DNA of 51,259 nt from Minisyncoccia bacterium (GCA_965656375.1 CBFHKH010000001.1:79432-130690), one strand, 5' to 3'; counted from the stretch's first letter, positions 18,848-27,804 are shown. Notes: generated from the sequence alone by a model not told the origin. Numbers and translations are program-made.

Positions 18848-19870
18848 ATGTTAGAAATACGGGAGAATGTGGAGATAAAAGACTACTCAACACTGAAAGT
18901 TGGGGGGCAATTTCGCTATTTTATAGAACTTACAGATAAAAATATGCTCAGAGATGTATATACATTTGCACAAGAAAAAAATCTTCCTGTATTTGTGCTT
19001 GGTGGTGGATCGAATCTTGTTTTTCCAGATGGAGTACTAGAGCGAGTAGTTCTCAAGATCAATCTTCTGGGTTTTGAAGTGATAGATGAGACAACTTCAA
19101 TTACCAGTATAAAAATTGCTGCAGGTGAGAATTGGGACTCAGTGGTAGAACGCACAGTGGCGATGGATCTCTCGGGTATTGAAGCTATGTCTGCAATCCC
19201 GGGTACCACAGGAGCAACTCCTGTTCAGAATGTGGGTGCGTATGGACAAGAAATTAAAGATACTCTTACTGAGGTCGAAGTATTTGATACAAAAGATATG
19301 AGTTTTAAAGTTCTATCGAACGCTGATTGTAAATTTAGATATCGAGATAGTATCTTTAAAAGCGATGCAAAAGGCAGATATATCGTTACATCTGTTACAC
19401 TCGCGCTTTCAAAAGAAAAACCTTCTCTACCGAATTATCCTGGAGTCAAAAAGTATTTTTCTGAGAAAAATATAGATGACCCAACGCTTCTCCAAATTCG
19501 TGAAGCGATTATTGATATCCGAAAGAACAAACTGCCTGATCCGAAAGTGATTCCAAGTGTCGGGTCGTTCTTCAAGAATACAATTGTACTTCAAACTGTT
19601 GCCAATAGTTTGAAGGATGAATATCCTAACATGACAGTATTTCCAGTTAATGACAAAGAGACAAAAGTACCATCTGGATTCCTGATTGAAACTGCGGGAC
19701 TCAAGGGCAAGAGTTTTGGAACCATTTCCTCGTATACTCATAATGCGATGGTTCTCGTGAATAATGGAGGGGCTACTCGCTCTGATGTTGAACAGGTACG
19801 AGATGAGATTATAAAAGTTATATCTGATAAATTCGGCATTACCCTCGAAACAGAACCCGAGTTTGTATAA
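18848..19870 (+). CDS. murB: UDP-N-acetylmuramate dehydrogenase
   Basis: LGGGSNL, IPGTTGATPVQNVGAYG, FRYRDSIFK, GSFFKN, LETEP. Confidence 0.95.
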   Translation: MLEIRENVEIKDYSTLKVGGQFRYFIELTDKNMLRDVYTFAQEKNLPVFVLGGGSNLVFPDGVLERVVLKINLLGFEVIDETTSITSIKIAAGENWDSVVERTVAMDLSGIEAMSAIPGTTGATPVQNVGAYGQEIKDTLTEVEVFDTKDMSFKVLSNADCKFRYRDSIFKSDAKGRYIVTSVTLALSKEKPSLPNYPGVKKYFSEKNIDDPTLLQIREAIIDIRKNKLPDPKVIPSVGSFFKNTIVLQTVANSLKDEYPNMTVFPVNDKETKVPSGFLIETAGLKGKSFGTISSYTHNAMVLVNNGGATRSDVEQVRDEIIKVISDKFGITLETEPEFV

Positions 19871-19871
19871 A

Positions 19872-20438
19872 TTACTCTTTCCAAAGATTTAGATCTTTCT
19901 TGAGCTTATCAACGTTCTTTGAGATTCTTATTACATGCTTTGTGTAGCCTTTATGGAAGACTTTTCGTATTTGAGGTTCATATCCTAATCTTTGTAAACT
20001 TTTAAAGTAATCAAAGGCAAGTTTTTCAATGATTGTTGTGAAGTTAATCATTGAATATCCTCTATCTTTATAAATCGATCCATCAGTTTGAATCAATCCT
20101 CGTAGACATTCTTTGAGATATATTCTATTTTCTAATATCCAGATAGGGATTGAAATATTCTGATTTGCCTTAGACCCTTCTTTTGCTTTCCACTCTAAAA
20201 TATTTTCAAGTTCATTTGAATAAACTGAGATATCAATACAACCATCTTTCCTTATAACTTCTGCAATTTTATTTTTTGGAAAAAGAATTCTTAATGACTC
20301 TTTGATACATTCTTTAAGTTTCGGGTATTTATTATCACATGTAACACGGAGTCGAACTGCGCGTCCATTAGGATTTGATAGATTTCCATCTCCAATTGCT
20401 ATACCTGTTATGTATGCTAAAAGTTTTTTATTTTTCAA
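19872..20438 (-). CDS. Free-standing two-motif LAGLIDADG homing-endonuclease-like protein
   Basis: LAYITGIAIGDG and CLRGLIQTDGS motifs. The track start (20480) lies inside the tRNA, so the TTG at 20438 is more plausible. Confidence 0.75.
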   Translation of the reverse strand: MKNKKLLAYITGIAIGDGNLSNPNGRAVRLRVTCDNKYPKLKECIKESLRILFPKNKIAEVIRKDGCIDISVYSNELENILEWKAKEGSKANQNISIPIWILENRIYLKECLRGLIQTDGSIYKDRGYSMINFTTIIEKLAFDYFKSLQRLGYEPQIRKVFHKGYTKHVIRISKNVDKLKKDLNLWKE

Positions 20439-20439
20439 G

Positions 20440-20521
20440 TGCCGGAGGGGAGACTTGAACTCCCAAGCCTTGCGGCGCACGATTTTGAGTCGTGTACGTA
20501 TACCAATTCCGTCACTCCGGC
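20440..20521 (-). tRNA. trnL: tRNA-Leu (CAA)
   Basis: GCCGGAG/CTCCGGC acceptor stem, CACGA-CTCAAAA-TCGTG anticodon arm, long variable arm, TTCAAGT T-loop; CCA not encoded. Confidence 0.95.
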
Positions 20522-20575
20522 ATTCACTCGGCTAGTATACCAAAATATACATAAAATGCTAGAATAGTCTTTATA

Positions 20576-21709
20576 ATGAAAAGCTTGCCCTTCTCCTATA
20601 TTGAACTCTCAAAAAATAACTTGATACATAATATCAAGCAGTTTAGACGTATTGTAAAACGAGGGACGAAGATCGCAGCGGTAGTGAAGGCAAATGCATA
20701 TGGTCATGGTGATGTAGAGGTAGTAAAGATCCTCAGTCCATTTGTGGATTATTTCCAGATCAATAGTGTAGAAGAACTAGAGAAAGTACGATCTCATACT
20801 CGGAAGCCCATACTCACCCTCGGATACGTAGGGAAGAATGATATTGCTCATGCTATCAAGCTTGGTTGTATTCTTACGGTATTTGATCTACACCATGCAC
20901 TTTTAATAAATACAGTTTCTGAGAAATTAAAAATAAAACAAAAGGTTCATATATCTATTGATGCGCATTTAGGGCGTGAGGGAGTATTGCCATACCAAAT
21001 TCCACTATTTATACAGGAGATCAAGAAGATGAAGAATCTATCTGTTGATGGTGTGTATGCACACTTTGCCAATATCGAGGATACTACAGATTTCACCTAT
21101 GCATCAAAGCAAATTAAAGCATATGAAGAAGCGGTTCAATTATTCAAAGAAAGCGGTTACAAGAATATCAAGACTCATATTTCTGCAACATCAGGAGTTC
21201 TCGCATATGAAAAATGGAAAGGTCTTCATTCGATTGTTCGAGTCGGTGTTGGTATCTATGGTATGTGGCCGAGCGATGAATTAAGAATGATATGGAAGAA
21301 AAAGATCGAACTGAAACCTGTCATGCGATATGTTACCCATGTCGCAGAAATTAAAACTCTTCCAGTCGGTGAATCTATTGGATATGGCACTTCGTATACA
21401 ACTCGAAAGGATGTGACGATTGCTGTCATTCCGCAAGGGTACTCAAATGGTATAAGCAGACTCTCATCAAATAATGGCGCTGTGCTCATTGGGGGGAAAC
21501 GTGCTCCGATCCTTGGTAGAGTTGCTATGAATATGTTTGTTGTTGATGTGACGGGAATCAAGGGAGTAAAGCCAGAAAATGAAGTAGTGGTACTCGGAAC
21601 CCAAAAAGGGGAGACTATCACCGCGGAGGCAATAGCCAAGGAAACACAGACTATAAACTATGAAATAACTACCCGAATGAGCGCATTATTGCCGAGAATT
21701 ATCAGATAG
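20576..21709 (+). CDS. alr: Alanine racemase
   Basis: AVVKANAYGHG PLP-lysine motif, IGYG, GRVAMN, INYEI. Confidence 0.95.
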   Translation: MKSLPFSYIELSKNNLIHNIKQFRRIVKRGTKIAAVVKANAYGHGDVEVVKILSPFVDYFQINSVEELEKVRSHTRKPILTLGYVGKNDIAHAIKLGCILTVFDLHHALLINTVSEKLKIKQKVHISIDAHLGREGVLPYQIPLFIQEIKKMKNLSVDGVYAHFANIEDTTDFTYASKQIKAYEEAVQLFKESGYKNIKTHISATSGVLAYEKWKGLHSIVRVGVGIYGMWPSDELRMIWKKKIELKPVMRYVTHVAEIKTLPVGESIGYGTSYTTRKDVTIAVIPQGYSNGISRLSSNNGAVLIGGKRAPILGRVAMNMFVVDVTGIKGVKPENEVVVLGTQKGETITAEAIAKETQTINYEITTRMSALLPRIIR

Positions 21710-21747
21710 TTGCATAAATAAGGCTTTTATAGTATCCTATACCCACT

Positions 21748-21912
21748 ATGTCACAAGACCGACTTTTGCGATTAAAATGCAGCGTTTGTAAGAACGCCAA
21801 TTACTATACCAGCAAGAACAAGAAACTCGTCACTAAAAAGCTCGAGATGAAGAAATTTTGCAAGAAGTGTGGAAAAAATGTGAAGCACAAAGAAGCAAAG
21901 ATAACTGGATAA
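21748..21912 (+). CDS. rpmG: 50S ribosomal protein L33 (zinc-binding type)
   Basis: Missed by the ORF track (54 aa). Manual translation: [54 protein letters not shown]. Confidence 0.92.
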   Translation: MSQDRLLRLKCSVCKNANYYTSKNKKLVTKKLEMKKFCKKCGKNVKHKEAKITG

Positions 21913-21915
21913 GAT

Positions 21916-21945
21916 AAAAAATACCCTGTAAACAGGGTATTTTTT
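21916..21945 (+). terminator. Intrinsic terminator after rpmG
   Basis: AAAAAATACCCTG-TAAA-CAGGGTATTTTTT hairpin with a T-tract. Confidence 0.85.
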
Positions 21946-21983
21946 ATTGAAAATAAAGCAAAAACGTGTATACTACCTGATAC

Positions 21984-22054
21984 GGGCGATTAGTATAGTG
22001 GTAGTACAACGGTCTCCAAAACCGTTGGCGAGGGTTCGATTCCTTCATCGCCCG
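21984..22054 (+). tRNA. trnW: tRNA-Trp (CCA)
   Basis: GGGCGAT/ATCGCCC acceptor stem, ACGGT-CTCCAAA-ACCGT anticodon arm, GGTTCGATTCC T-arm, discriminator G. Confidence 0.95.
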
Positions 22055-22190
22055 CAAAGATCCGCAAGGACAGATCAACATCTGTCCGAGTGGATTATCT
22101 TTGTGTGGCGATGGAGGAATCGAAAGCCGGACCGCGACGGCGGGAGGCGGGGTCGAACAAATTTTCAGCAGAAAATTATGCGTGACCGAA
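22055..22190. repeat. Structured tRNA-trailing element containing an inverted copy of the tRNA 3' end
   Basis: 22107-22124 is the reverse complement of tRNA 22035-22052 at 17/18 nt. Inner hairpin GGACAGAT-CAAC-ATCTGTCC; a second hairpin at about 22151-22187. Confidence 0.7.
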
Positions 22191-22290
22191 AGCGTACTCG
22201 CGGTTCCTCTTTGAATCAAACAAGTACCTATTCCTGTAAGGGAAGATTACCCTTCATTATCCACAATATAGATATGTTATAATCCTAGAT

Positions 22291-22908
22291 ATGAAAGGAC
22301 CAGAATTTAAAAAAGAAGTTACTAGCAATTTTGAAAGTAAAGATGTAAAACCATTCGTCTCTTCTTTTTCTCGATCAGAAGTACATAACGTTTCAGCATT
22401 TGAACAAGGTAAAACCGCTATTCTATTGCCTAAAGAATTTTATGAAGCAACTGTAGCAATGTGCCAAACAGAAAAGGAGACGCGAGGTGTATTTCTCGTC
22501 CCTAAACAAGGCGAAGCTACTTCAAAAGGCCGCCTCGGTATAGAAGGCATGCTTTCTATTGGGTATGGCTCTTCTACATCAGTGTATCCAGATGAAGCAA
22601 AGCTACGTGCAATAAACAAACTTCTCCAAGAATATGGCAATGAAGTTTTCGCTATTGATTTTCACAGTCATACAGTAGCGACTGGAGAAGCATGGAGAAA
22701 TAAGTTCTCAGGACAAGACGAGCAGTCAATTGCGAATGGCGTCAATCGTTATCCTGGATATATGCACGTATTATTTACTCCGACAAATATATTAACCTTT
22801 GGAAAAGCAAAGCCTAAATTTGCTGTTATTGATTTTACTGGAAGCAATATTTTAGATAAACAAGCAAAATGGATGCAAAAGTTTGATCAATATCTCAGAG
22901 AAGGATAG
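22291..22908 (+). CDS. JAB/MPN-like metalloprotease-domain protein
   Basis: E(TRGVFL)...FHSH-x11-SGQD resembles the JAMM motif. TGtTATAAT lies 7 nt upstream of the ATG. Confidence 0.55.
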   Translation: MKGPEFKKEVTSNFESKDVKPFVSSFSRSEVHNVSAFEQGKTAILLPKEFYEATVAMCQTEKETRGVFLVPKQGEATSKGRLGIEGMLSIGYGSSTSVYPDEAKLRAINKLLQEYGNEVFAIDFHSHTVATGEAWRNKFSGQDEQSIANGVNRYPGYMHVLFTPTNILTFGKAKPKFAVIDFTGSNILDKQAKWMQKFDQYLREG

Positions 22909-23181
22909 CTAAAAGTATGATGGCTGTCTGCGAAATGAAACACTACTCCAAAAAGGAAATAGTAAAATAGAAATTCTCTGGGATATTGCCCTTTATCTTT
23001 TATAAAAAGAAGGAAAATCTCCAGAAATAAATCCTTCTCACCATCGTCTACATAATTAAGGGAGGCTTGCAATAAGCTTTTCCAAAATATCGGCATGTAT
23101 ATGCCTAGTGTTCTTTTCTCTAACTTAAAATCTAGAAAAGGTCGCATTATCAATTAACTATCAGTTTTGATAAATAAATAT

Positions 23182-23679
23182 ATGAAACTAAAATTTTTGA
23201 GTTTGATAGCAATTTTATCACTTACCTTTGGAATAAGCTTTGCAACTACTGCAAATGCAGCAGTAACACCAACATTCCCAACAGGATGTTCATCTGCTCT
23301 CGGATACAGTACATATACGGGTAAGCCCTGCAATGGAACTTCTGTTGCAATCAATGGAGTAATGCCAGGTTGTCTAAATGGACTCGGATTTAGTATTACC
23401 ACTGGCAAGCCATGCAGTGGAAATGCGAATGTCATATTCTTTGTTCCAGGATGTACATCTGCAATGGGCTACAGCACAAATAGTGGACTCCCATGTAACG
23501 GTTCATATCCTGCCACAATGAGTCATCCTCTCGGTTGTATGAGTGGAATCGGATACAGTCTTGTAAACGGTGTTCCATGCAGTGGAAGTAATTTCGTAAT
23601 TACGTTTCCAATTGGATGCAGCGATTTGAATGGATTTAGCACAACTACAGGGAAACAATGCCAGCTAGAAGTACGATAA
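23182..23679 (+). CDS. Secreted protein made of five Cys-paired repeats
   Basis: Signal peptide (MKLKFLSLIAILSLTFGISFATTANA) followed by five P(x)GC-x4-G(Y/F)S-x3-G-x2-C units. Confidence 0.8.
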   Translation: MKLKFLSLIAILSLTFGISFATTANAAVTPTFPTGCSSALGYSTYTGKPCNGTSVAINGVMPGCLNGLGFSITTGKPCSGNANVIFFVPGCTSAMGYSTNSGLPCNGSYPATMSHPLGCMSGIGYSLVNGVPCSGSNFVITFPIGCSDLNGFSTTTGKQCQLEVR

Positions 23680-23729
23680 ATACAAAATAAAAAGATCGCT
23701 TATAAGCGATCTTTTTATTTTGTATTTAT
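23676..23729. terminator. Perfect 54-bp palindrome, probable bidirectional terminator
   Basis: ATAAATACAAAATAAAAAGATCGCTTATAAGCGATCTTTTTATTTTGTATTTAT between two convergent genes. Confidence 0.8.
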
Positions 23730-24614
23730 AAACTTTTGAACTTCTTTAAGTGCTTTTTTCTTCTCACCTGTCTTACGTGGATCAACCCATAGAGTCTGTA
23801 TATCTTTTTTAAACCAGATCTTCTGACGCTTGGCATAGTGCCAGATTTCGATATTTAATCTCTCTATCATTTCTTGTTTGGTTAGTTTTCCTCGCAGATA
23901 GAGCGCGCCATAGCGATATTCAAGGCCAAGCGCATCCATGCGCTTCCAGGAGATGCCTTCTGTATGCAGTTTCTTTATTTCTCGAAGCATTCCTTTTTTA
24001 ATACGTGCGAGTAATCGAGCTTGAATCCTTTCTTTTAAAATTTCATCTGGAAGTGTGAGTCCTATCGTAAGTACTTTGTATTGTTCGCTTGATTTTATTT
24101 CTGGAACTTTGCCAAGCGCTTGAGCGATTTCAATTGCACGAATAAGACGAACTTTGTTATTGATATCGATATTTTTACTTCGATGTGGATCGAGCTTCAC
24201 TAAACGTTTTAGCAACGCGTGTTCGCTTAGGGTAGATAATTCTTTACGCAATGCAACATTTGGTTTAACGGTAGGGAATTCTATACCGTGTATAACTGCA
24301 TCAATATAAAATCCTGTACCACCGCATATAATGGGCGTATGATTCCTCTCGATAATCTTTCTGATTTCCTTATCAGCTTTTTTCTTGAAGTCACTCACGG
24401 AAAATACTTTTTTCGGATGTGCGATATCAAGCATATAGTGGGGAATGCCCCCCATTTCCTTCTTTGTTATCTTCCCGGTGCCGAGATTCATACCTCTATA
24501 CACTTGGCGGGAATCAGCAGATATAATCTCACTTTTGATCGCACGAGCGATCTCCACTGCAAAATCACTCTTGCCTGTGGCAGTTTGTCCAAGTACTACG
24601 ATGATTTTAGGCAT
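23715..24614 (-). CDS. miaA: tRNA dimethylallyltransferase (start moved to ATG 24614)
   Basis: GQTATGKS, IISADSRQVY, GGTGFY, YAKRQ; an extended -10 lies upstream of the MPKII start. Confidence 0.93.
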   Translation of the reverse strand: MPKIIVVLGQTATGKSDFAVEIARAIKSEIISADSRQVYRGMNLGTGKITKKEMGGIPHYMLDIAHPKKVFSVSDFKKKADKEIRKIIERNHTPIICGGTGFYIDAVIHGIEFPTVKPNVALRKELSTLSEHALLKRLVKLDPHRSKNIDINNKVRLIRAIEIAQALGKVPEIKSSEQYKVLTIGLTLPDEILKERIQARLLARIKKGMLREIKKLHTEGISWKRMDALGLEYRYGALYLRGKLTKQEMIERLNIEIWHYAKRQKIWFKKDIQTLWVDPRKTGEKKKALKEVQKFINTK

Positions 24615-24660
24615 ATTTTTCACCCTCGCATAATAGCATTTTTTGTGATATAAAAAAGAC

Positions 24661-24963
24661 ATGTCATTCAAATCATTCATCATGAAAACAGCCCTCCGGG
24701 CAAAAGGTGTTTCTAAAGAACAGGCTGAAAAAATCAGTCAAGAGCTTACTGAACATCCTGAAATAGCTGAAAGTCTCAAAGCCCTTGATTCCAATAAAGA
24801 AGTCAAAGCTCTTTTTGAGAAGATTACAAAAGAAATCGAAGAGAAGAAGAAAGGCGGTCTTGATGAGCAATACGCTACTGTTCTCGTTATGGGTAAATAT
24901 AAATCTGAAGTTATGAAATATCGCGATGATCTTGCTCCGCTTTTGAACCTAATGCAAAAGTAA
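24661..24963 (+). CDS. Small helical hypothetical protein
   Basis: 100-aa ORF divergent from miaA with protein-like composition; overlaps the 3' end of zwf by 53 nt. Confidence 0.55.
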   Translation: MSFKSFIMKTALRAKGVSKEQAEKISQELTEHPEIAESLKALDSNKEVKALFEKITKEIEEKKKGGLDEQYATVLVMGKYKSEVMKYRDDLAPLLNLMQK

Positions 24964-26239
24964 TAGCCTCGTCTTTCGTTACTCCTTCAGTGTAGATAAA
25001 CAAATCTTCATTTGAAAGTTTCCATGATTCCTGAATAGGGGAAAGTATTCGCCATGATGCTAAGACTTCTTCTGTCGAGATAAACAAGTCTTGATTAGAA
25101 TTTTGTGCATGTATAAAAACTTTTTCGTACCCTTCGCTCGGGATTTCTACTCCAGAACTGATATCTGTGTTACTACTGTTCTCTGCCCAGTGAGGGGGAA
25201 CGAGACCACTGCTCGGATAGATTTTGAAGACAAGTTCACTCTTTCCCTTACTATCTCTTTTCTTGTATATAATTTTTATTTCAGTCTTCTTTGTATCGAG
25301 TTTCTTGCCTGTAGTAAGGACTATTGGGACTCCAGTCCACCGTTCATCTGTAGATTCTAAAGTAAACGATACAAATGTTTCGATTGTACTATGTGGATTA
25401 TCCACTTCTTGTCTATATGATTTGTATTGTCCGCGATATACAGGATTTTCCTCTTGGACAGAAAGTGATGCAAGTATGCGGGCTTTCCTTTCATGAAGGT
25501 TTCTTTTTTGGCCACTTTCCATAAGTGTAAGAGCAGTAAGTTGTAAAAGGTGACTCTGTACAAAATCAAGCAATACACCAGTCTTTTCGTAGAACGCGAC
25601 TCGCCCTTCAATCCCGATTTCTTCGCTCGCTAGAATTTCAATACGTTCGATATACTCATTGTTCCATCGTTCTTTTAGAATGGAATCGTGTTCACGAAAA
25701 GAAATAAAATTCTGTACCAATGTCTTACCAAGGTAGTGATCGATAATGTATATCTGCTCTTTTGTGAGATATGTATTAATTTTTTGTAATACGATTTGCG
25801 CAGATTTGAGATCTACTCCAATTGGTTTCTCTAATAAGATCTTAGTACTTTTTTCTTTTAACAAACCAGATGTGCCAAGCATTTCTAGAATTGCAACAGA
25901 AGCCTGCGGAGGTACTGGTAAGTAAAATAATTGATCGGGTATCCTCCTCCTATCCGCCCCTAATTCTTTTAATTTATGGCTGAGGCGTGCGTACTCATCC
26001 GCTTTATCTACATCCATCTGGAATATTTCAAGATGTTCGTCAAAAATAGCCTTGTCCTTTACATTCGAAAAAAGTGCATCAGTATCAACTTCCTTTTTTC
26101 GAGTAATCCCCAGGATAAGAACATCTTTGAATGAATTATTTTCTTGGATGAGTTTCGAGAGCGCTGGTAGAACTTTTCGAGTAGAAAGATCACCAGTAAT
26201 GCCAAATACAATCAAAATTGAGGATATATTTTTTCTCAT
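24911..26239 (-). CDS. zwf: Glucose-6-phosphate 1-dehydrogenase
   Basis: FGITGDLS, IDHYLGK, QSHLLQL, W.GVPI...GK, EGYE. Confidence 0.9.
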   Translation of the reverse strand: MRKNISSILIVFGITGDLSTRKVLPALSKLIQENNSFKDVLILGITRKKEVDTDALFSNVKDKAIFDEHLEIFQMDVDKADEYARLSHKLKELGADRRRIPDQLFYLPVPPQASVAILEMLGTSGLLKEKSTKILLEKPIGVDLKSAQIVLQKINTYLTKEQIYIIDHYLGKTLVQNFISFREHDSILKERWNNEYIERIEILASEEIGIEGRVAFYEKTGVLLDFVQSHLLQLTALTLMESGQKRNLHERKARILASLSVQEENPVYRGQYKSYRQEVDNPHSTIETFVSFTLESTDERWTGVPIVLTTGKKLDTKKTEIKIIYKKRDSKGKSELVFKIYPSSGLVPPHWAENSSNTDISSGVEIPSEGYEKVFIHAQNSNQDLFISTEEVLASWRILSPIQESWKLSNEDLFIYTEGVTKDEAITFALGSKAEQDHRDIS

Positions 26240-27141
26240 TAATTATTTAGTTTGTGTCCACCAAATGCATTTCGCATCGCTGCCAATAATTTTGTAGCAA
26301 AGTTACTAGTGCCTTTTTGCGAACGTAGACGTACATCAAATGCACTTGAAATGCTTGGCGTTTCGATATTGTATTCTCTTGCTACTTCGAGTGCCCAGCG
26401 CGCTTCGCCTGATTCTGCAACAGTACCGTCGACACCTTCGAGTGTTGGATTTTCTTTGAGTACATCTCGAGAAAGTTCATTCAACCATGAAGTTATGACA
26501 CTGTGGTGCTGCCATACATCACCAGCATTTCCGAGATTTAGATCTTGATAGGGTCCTTCATGGAGCATGCGATATCCTTCAGCCAGACTCTCCATCATGC
26601 CGTACTCAATTGCATTATGTACCATTTTTACATAATGACCGGCTCCATGGTCTCCGAAATACTGATATGCGCCCGTAGGAGAGGCAAGTGTTTGTAATAC
26701 TCCTTCTATAGAAATATATTCCTCTTTTGGACCGCCCACCATCATTGCAAAACCATTCTGATACCCCCAGATTCCACCACTTGTTCCTACATCCATATAT
26801 TGAGACCATTTTGCTTGAACTTTCTTTGCCCGCTCTTTCGTAAGGCGGAAATCTGAATTACCCCCATCAATGATAAGGCTTCCTTTTGGTACAAGCTCAA
26901 GCCACATATCGAGTTCAACATCTACGCTCTCTGACGGAAGCATGAGCCAAAGCACGACACGGTCACTCAGAAATGAAGCAATGACTTCTTCTTTAGAGTA
27001 TGCACCAATCATACCAAGTGCTTTCATCTCATCGATCAAATTGCTACTTCGATTAAAGGCAACAACTGTGTGTTTACCTTCATGCAGTTTCTTTGCTATT
27101 TGTGAACCCATTTTACCTAGACCAATAATTGCGATTTTCAT
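26239..27141 (-). CDS. gnd: 6-phosphogluconate dehydrogenase, short type
   Basis: IGLGKMG, IDGGNS, DVGTSGG, GHYVKMVHNAIEYG, RNAFGGH. Confidence 0.92.
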   Translation of the reverse strand: MKIAIIGLGKMGSQIAKKLHEGKHTVVAFNRSSNLIDEMKALGMIGAYSKEEVIASFLSDRVVLWLMLPSESVDVELDMWLELVPKGSLIIDGGNSDFRLTKERAKKVQAKWSQYMDVGTSGGIWGYQNGFAMMVGGPKEEYISIEGVLQTLASPTGAYQYFGDHGAGHYVKMVHNAIEYGMMESLAEGYRMLHEGPYQDLNLGNAGDVWQHHSVITSWLNELSRDVLKENPTLEGVDGTVAESGEARWALEVAREYNIETPSISSAFDVRLRSQKGTSNFATKLLAAMRNAFGGHKLNN

Positions 27142-27144
27142 ATA

Positions 27145-27804
27145 TTAATCATTAAAAATAATAAATTCTCCCGCATGTTTCAATGCTTGTGCTGGTTGAA
27201 CTCGGATAGGATGTTCATCTTCTAACTCTTTGAGAGTTTGCTTCTTGTTTTCTCCAACTGCATATACTACAACTTCATCTAATTTTGAGATAAGAGCTGG
27301 CGTGACCGTTACTCTCAAATATGCCCCTCCTTGATAGCTAGAAATAAAATCTAAACTTTCAGCTGCTGGACTTTCTGGAAGTATGCCCGCGGTGTGTCCA
27401 TCAGGACCGATACCAAACAAGCCAATTTTGTAGTCAGAATTTTCTATACATTTTTGCATGAATTCCTCACACTGCGCGACTGTGTTTTCGATAGTCTCAC
27501 CAGTCAGGAAAGGGTAGATATTCGCATTACCCAGAATAAGACCTGATTGGCGTAATTGTTCCCAGCTTGAATCGGTATGGCCACTCTCCCCATACCGCTC
27601 ATCAGTTAAGGTTATGGTGAGATTCGCAAGATCCATTCCTTCTAAAGCTTTCATTACGAGAACGGCAACTTTGATCGCTGAGCCGCCTGGAATTAAAAAA
27701 AGAACCTTCTTTTTATCAGAGAGTTTTTGTTTTAAAACTTCTGCAATATAGTCTGTTGCAGCTTGTGCGGGGTTTCCACTTGTGCGAAATTGAGCATTGG
27801 TCAT
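27145..27804 (-). CDS. pgl: 6-phosphogluconolactonase
   Basis: PGGS, LTDER, GIGPDGHTAGI, GENK; in an operon with gnd and zwf. Confidence 0.85.
   Translation of the reverse strand: MTNAQFRTSGNPAQAATDYIAEVLKQKLSDKKKVLFLIPGGSAIKVAVLVMKALEGMDLANLTITLTDERYGESGHTDSSWEQLRQSGLILGNANIYPFLTGETIENTVAQCEEFMQKCIENSDYKIGLFGIGPDGHTAGILPESPAAESLDFISSYQGGAYLRVTVTPALISKLDEVVVYAVGENKKQTLKELEDEHPIRVQPAQALKHAGEFIIFND

Noticed and set aside
19872-20521. Group I intron in tRNA-Leu carrying the LAGLIDADG ORF
   Set aside because: The tRNA is contiguous and complete; the ORF lies outside it and no second exon is present.
21944-22282. ORFs 21947..22282 (+) and 21944..22219 (-)
   Set aside because: They overlap tRNA-Trp and its structured trailer; chance frames.
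22887-23153. 88-aa minus-strand ORF
   Set aside because: AT-rich, weak start, overlaps the upstream gene end and has no motif. It cannot be excluded, but there is no support.
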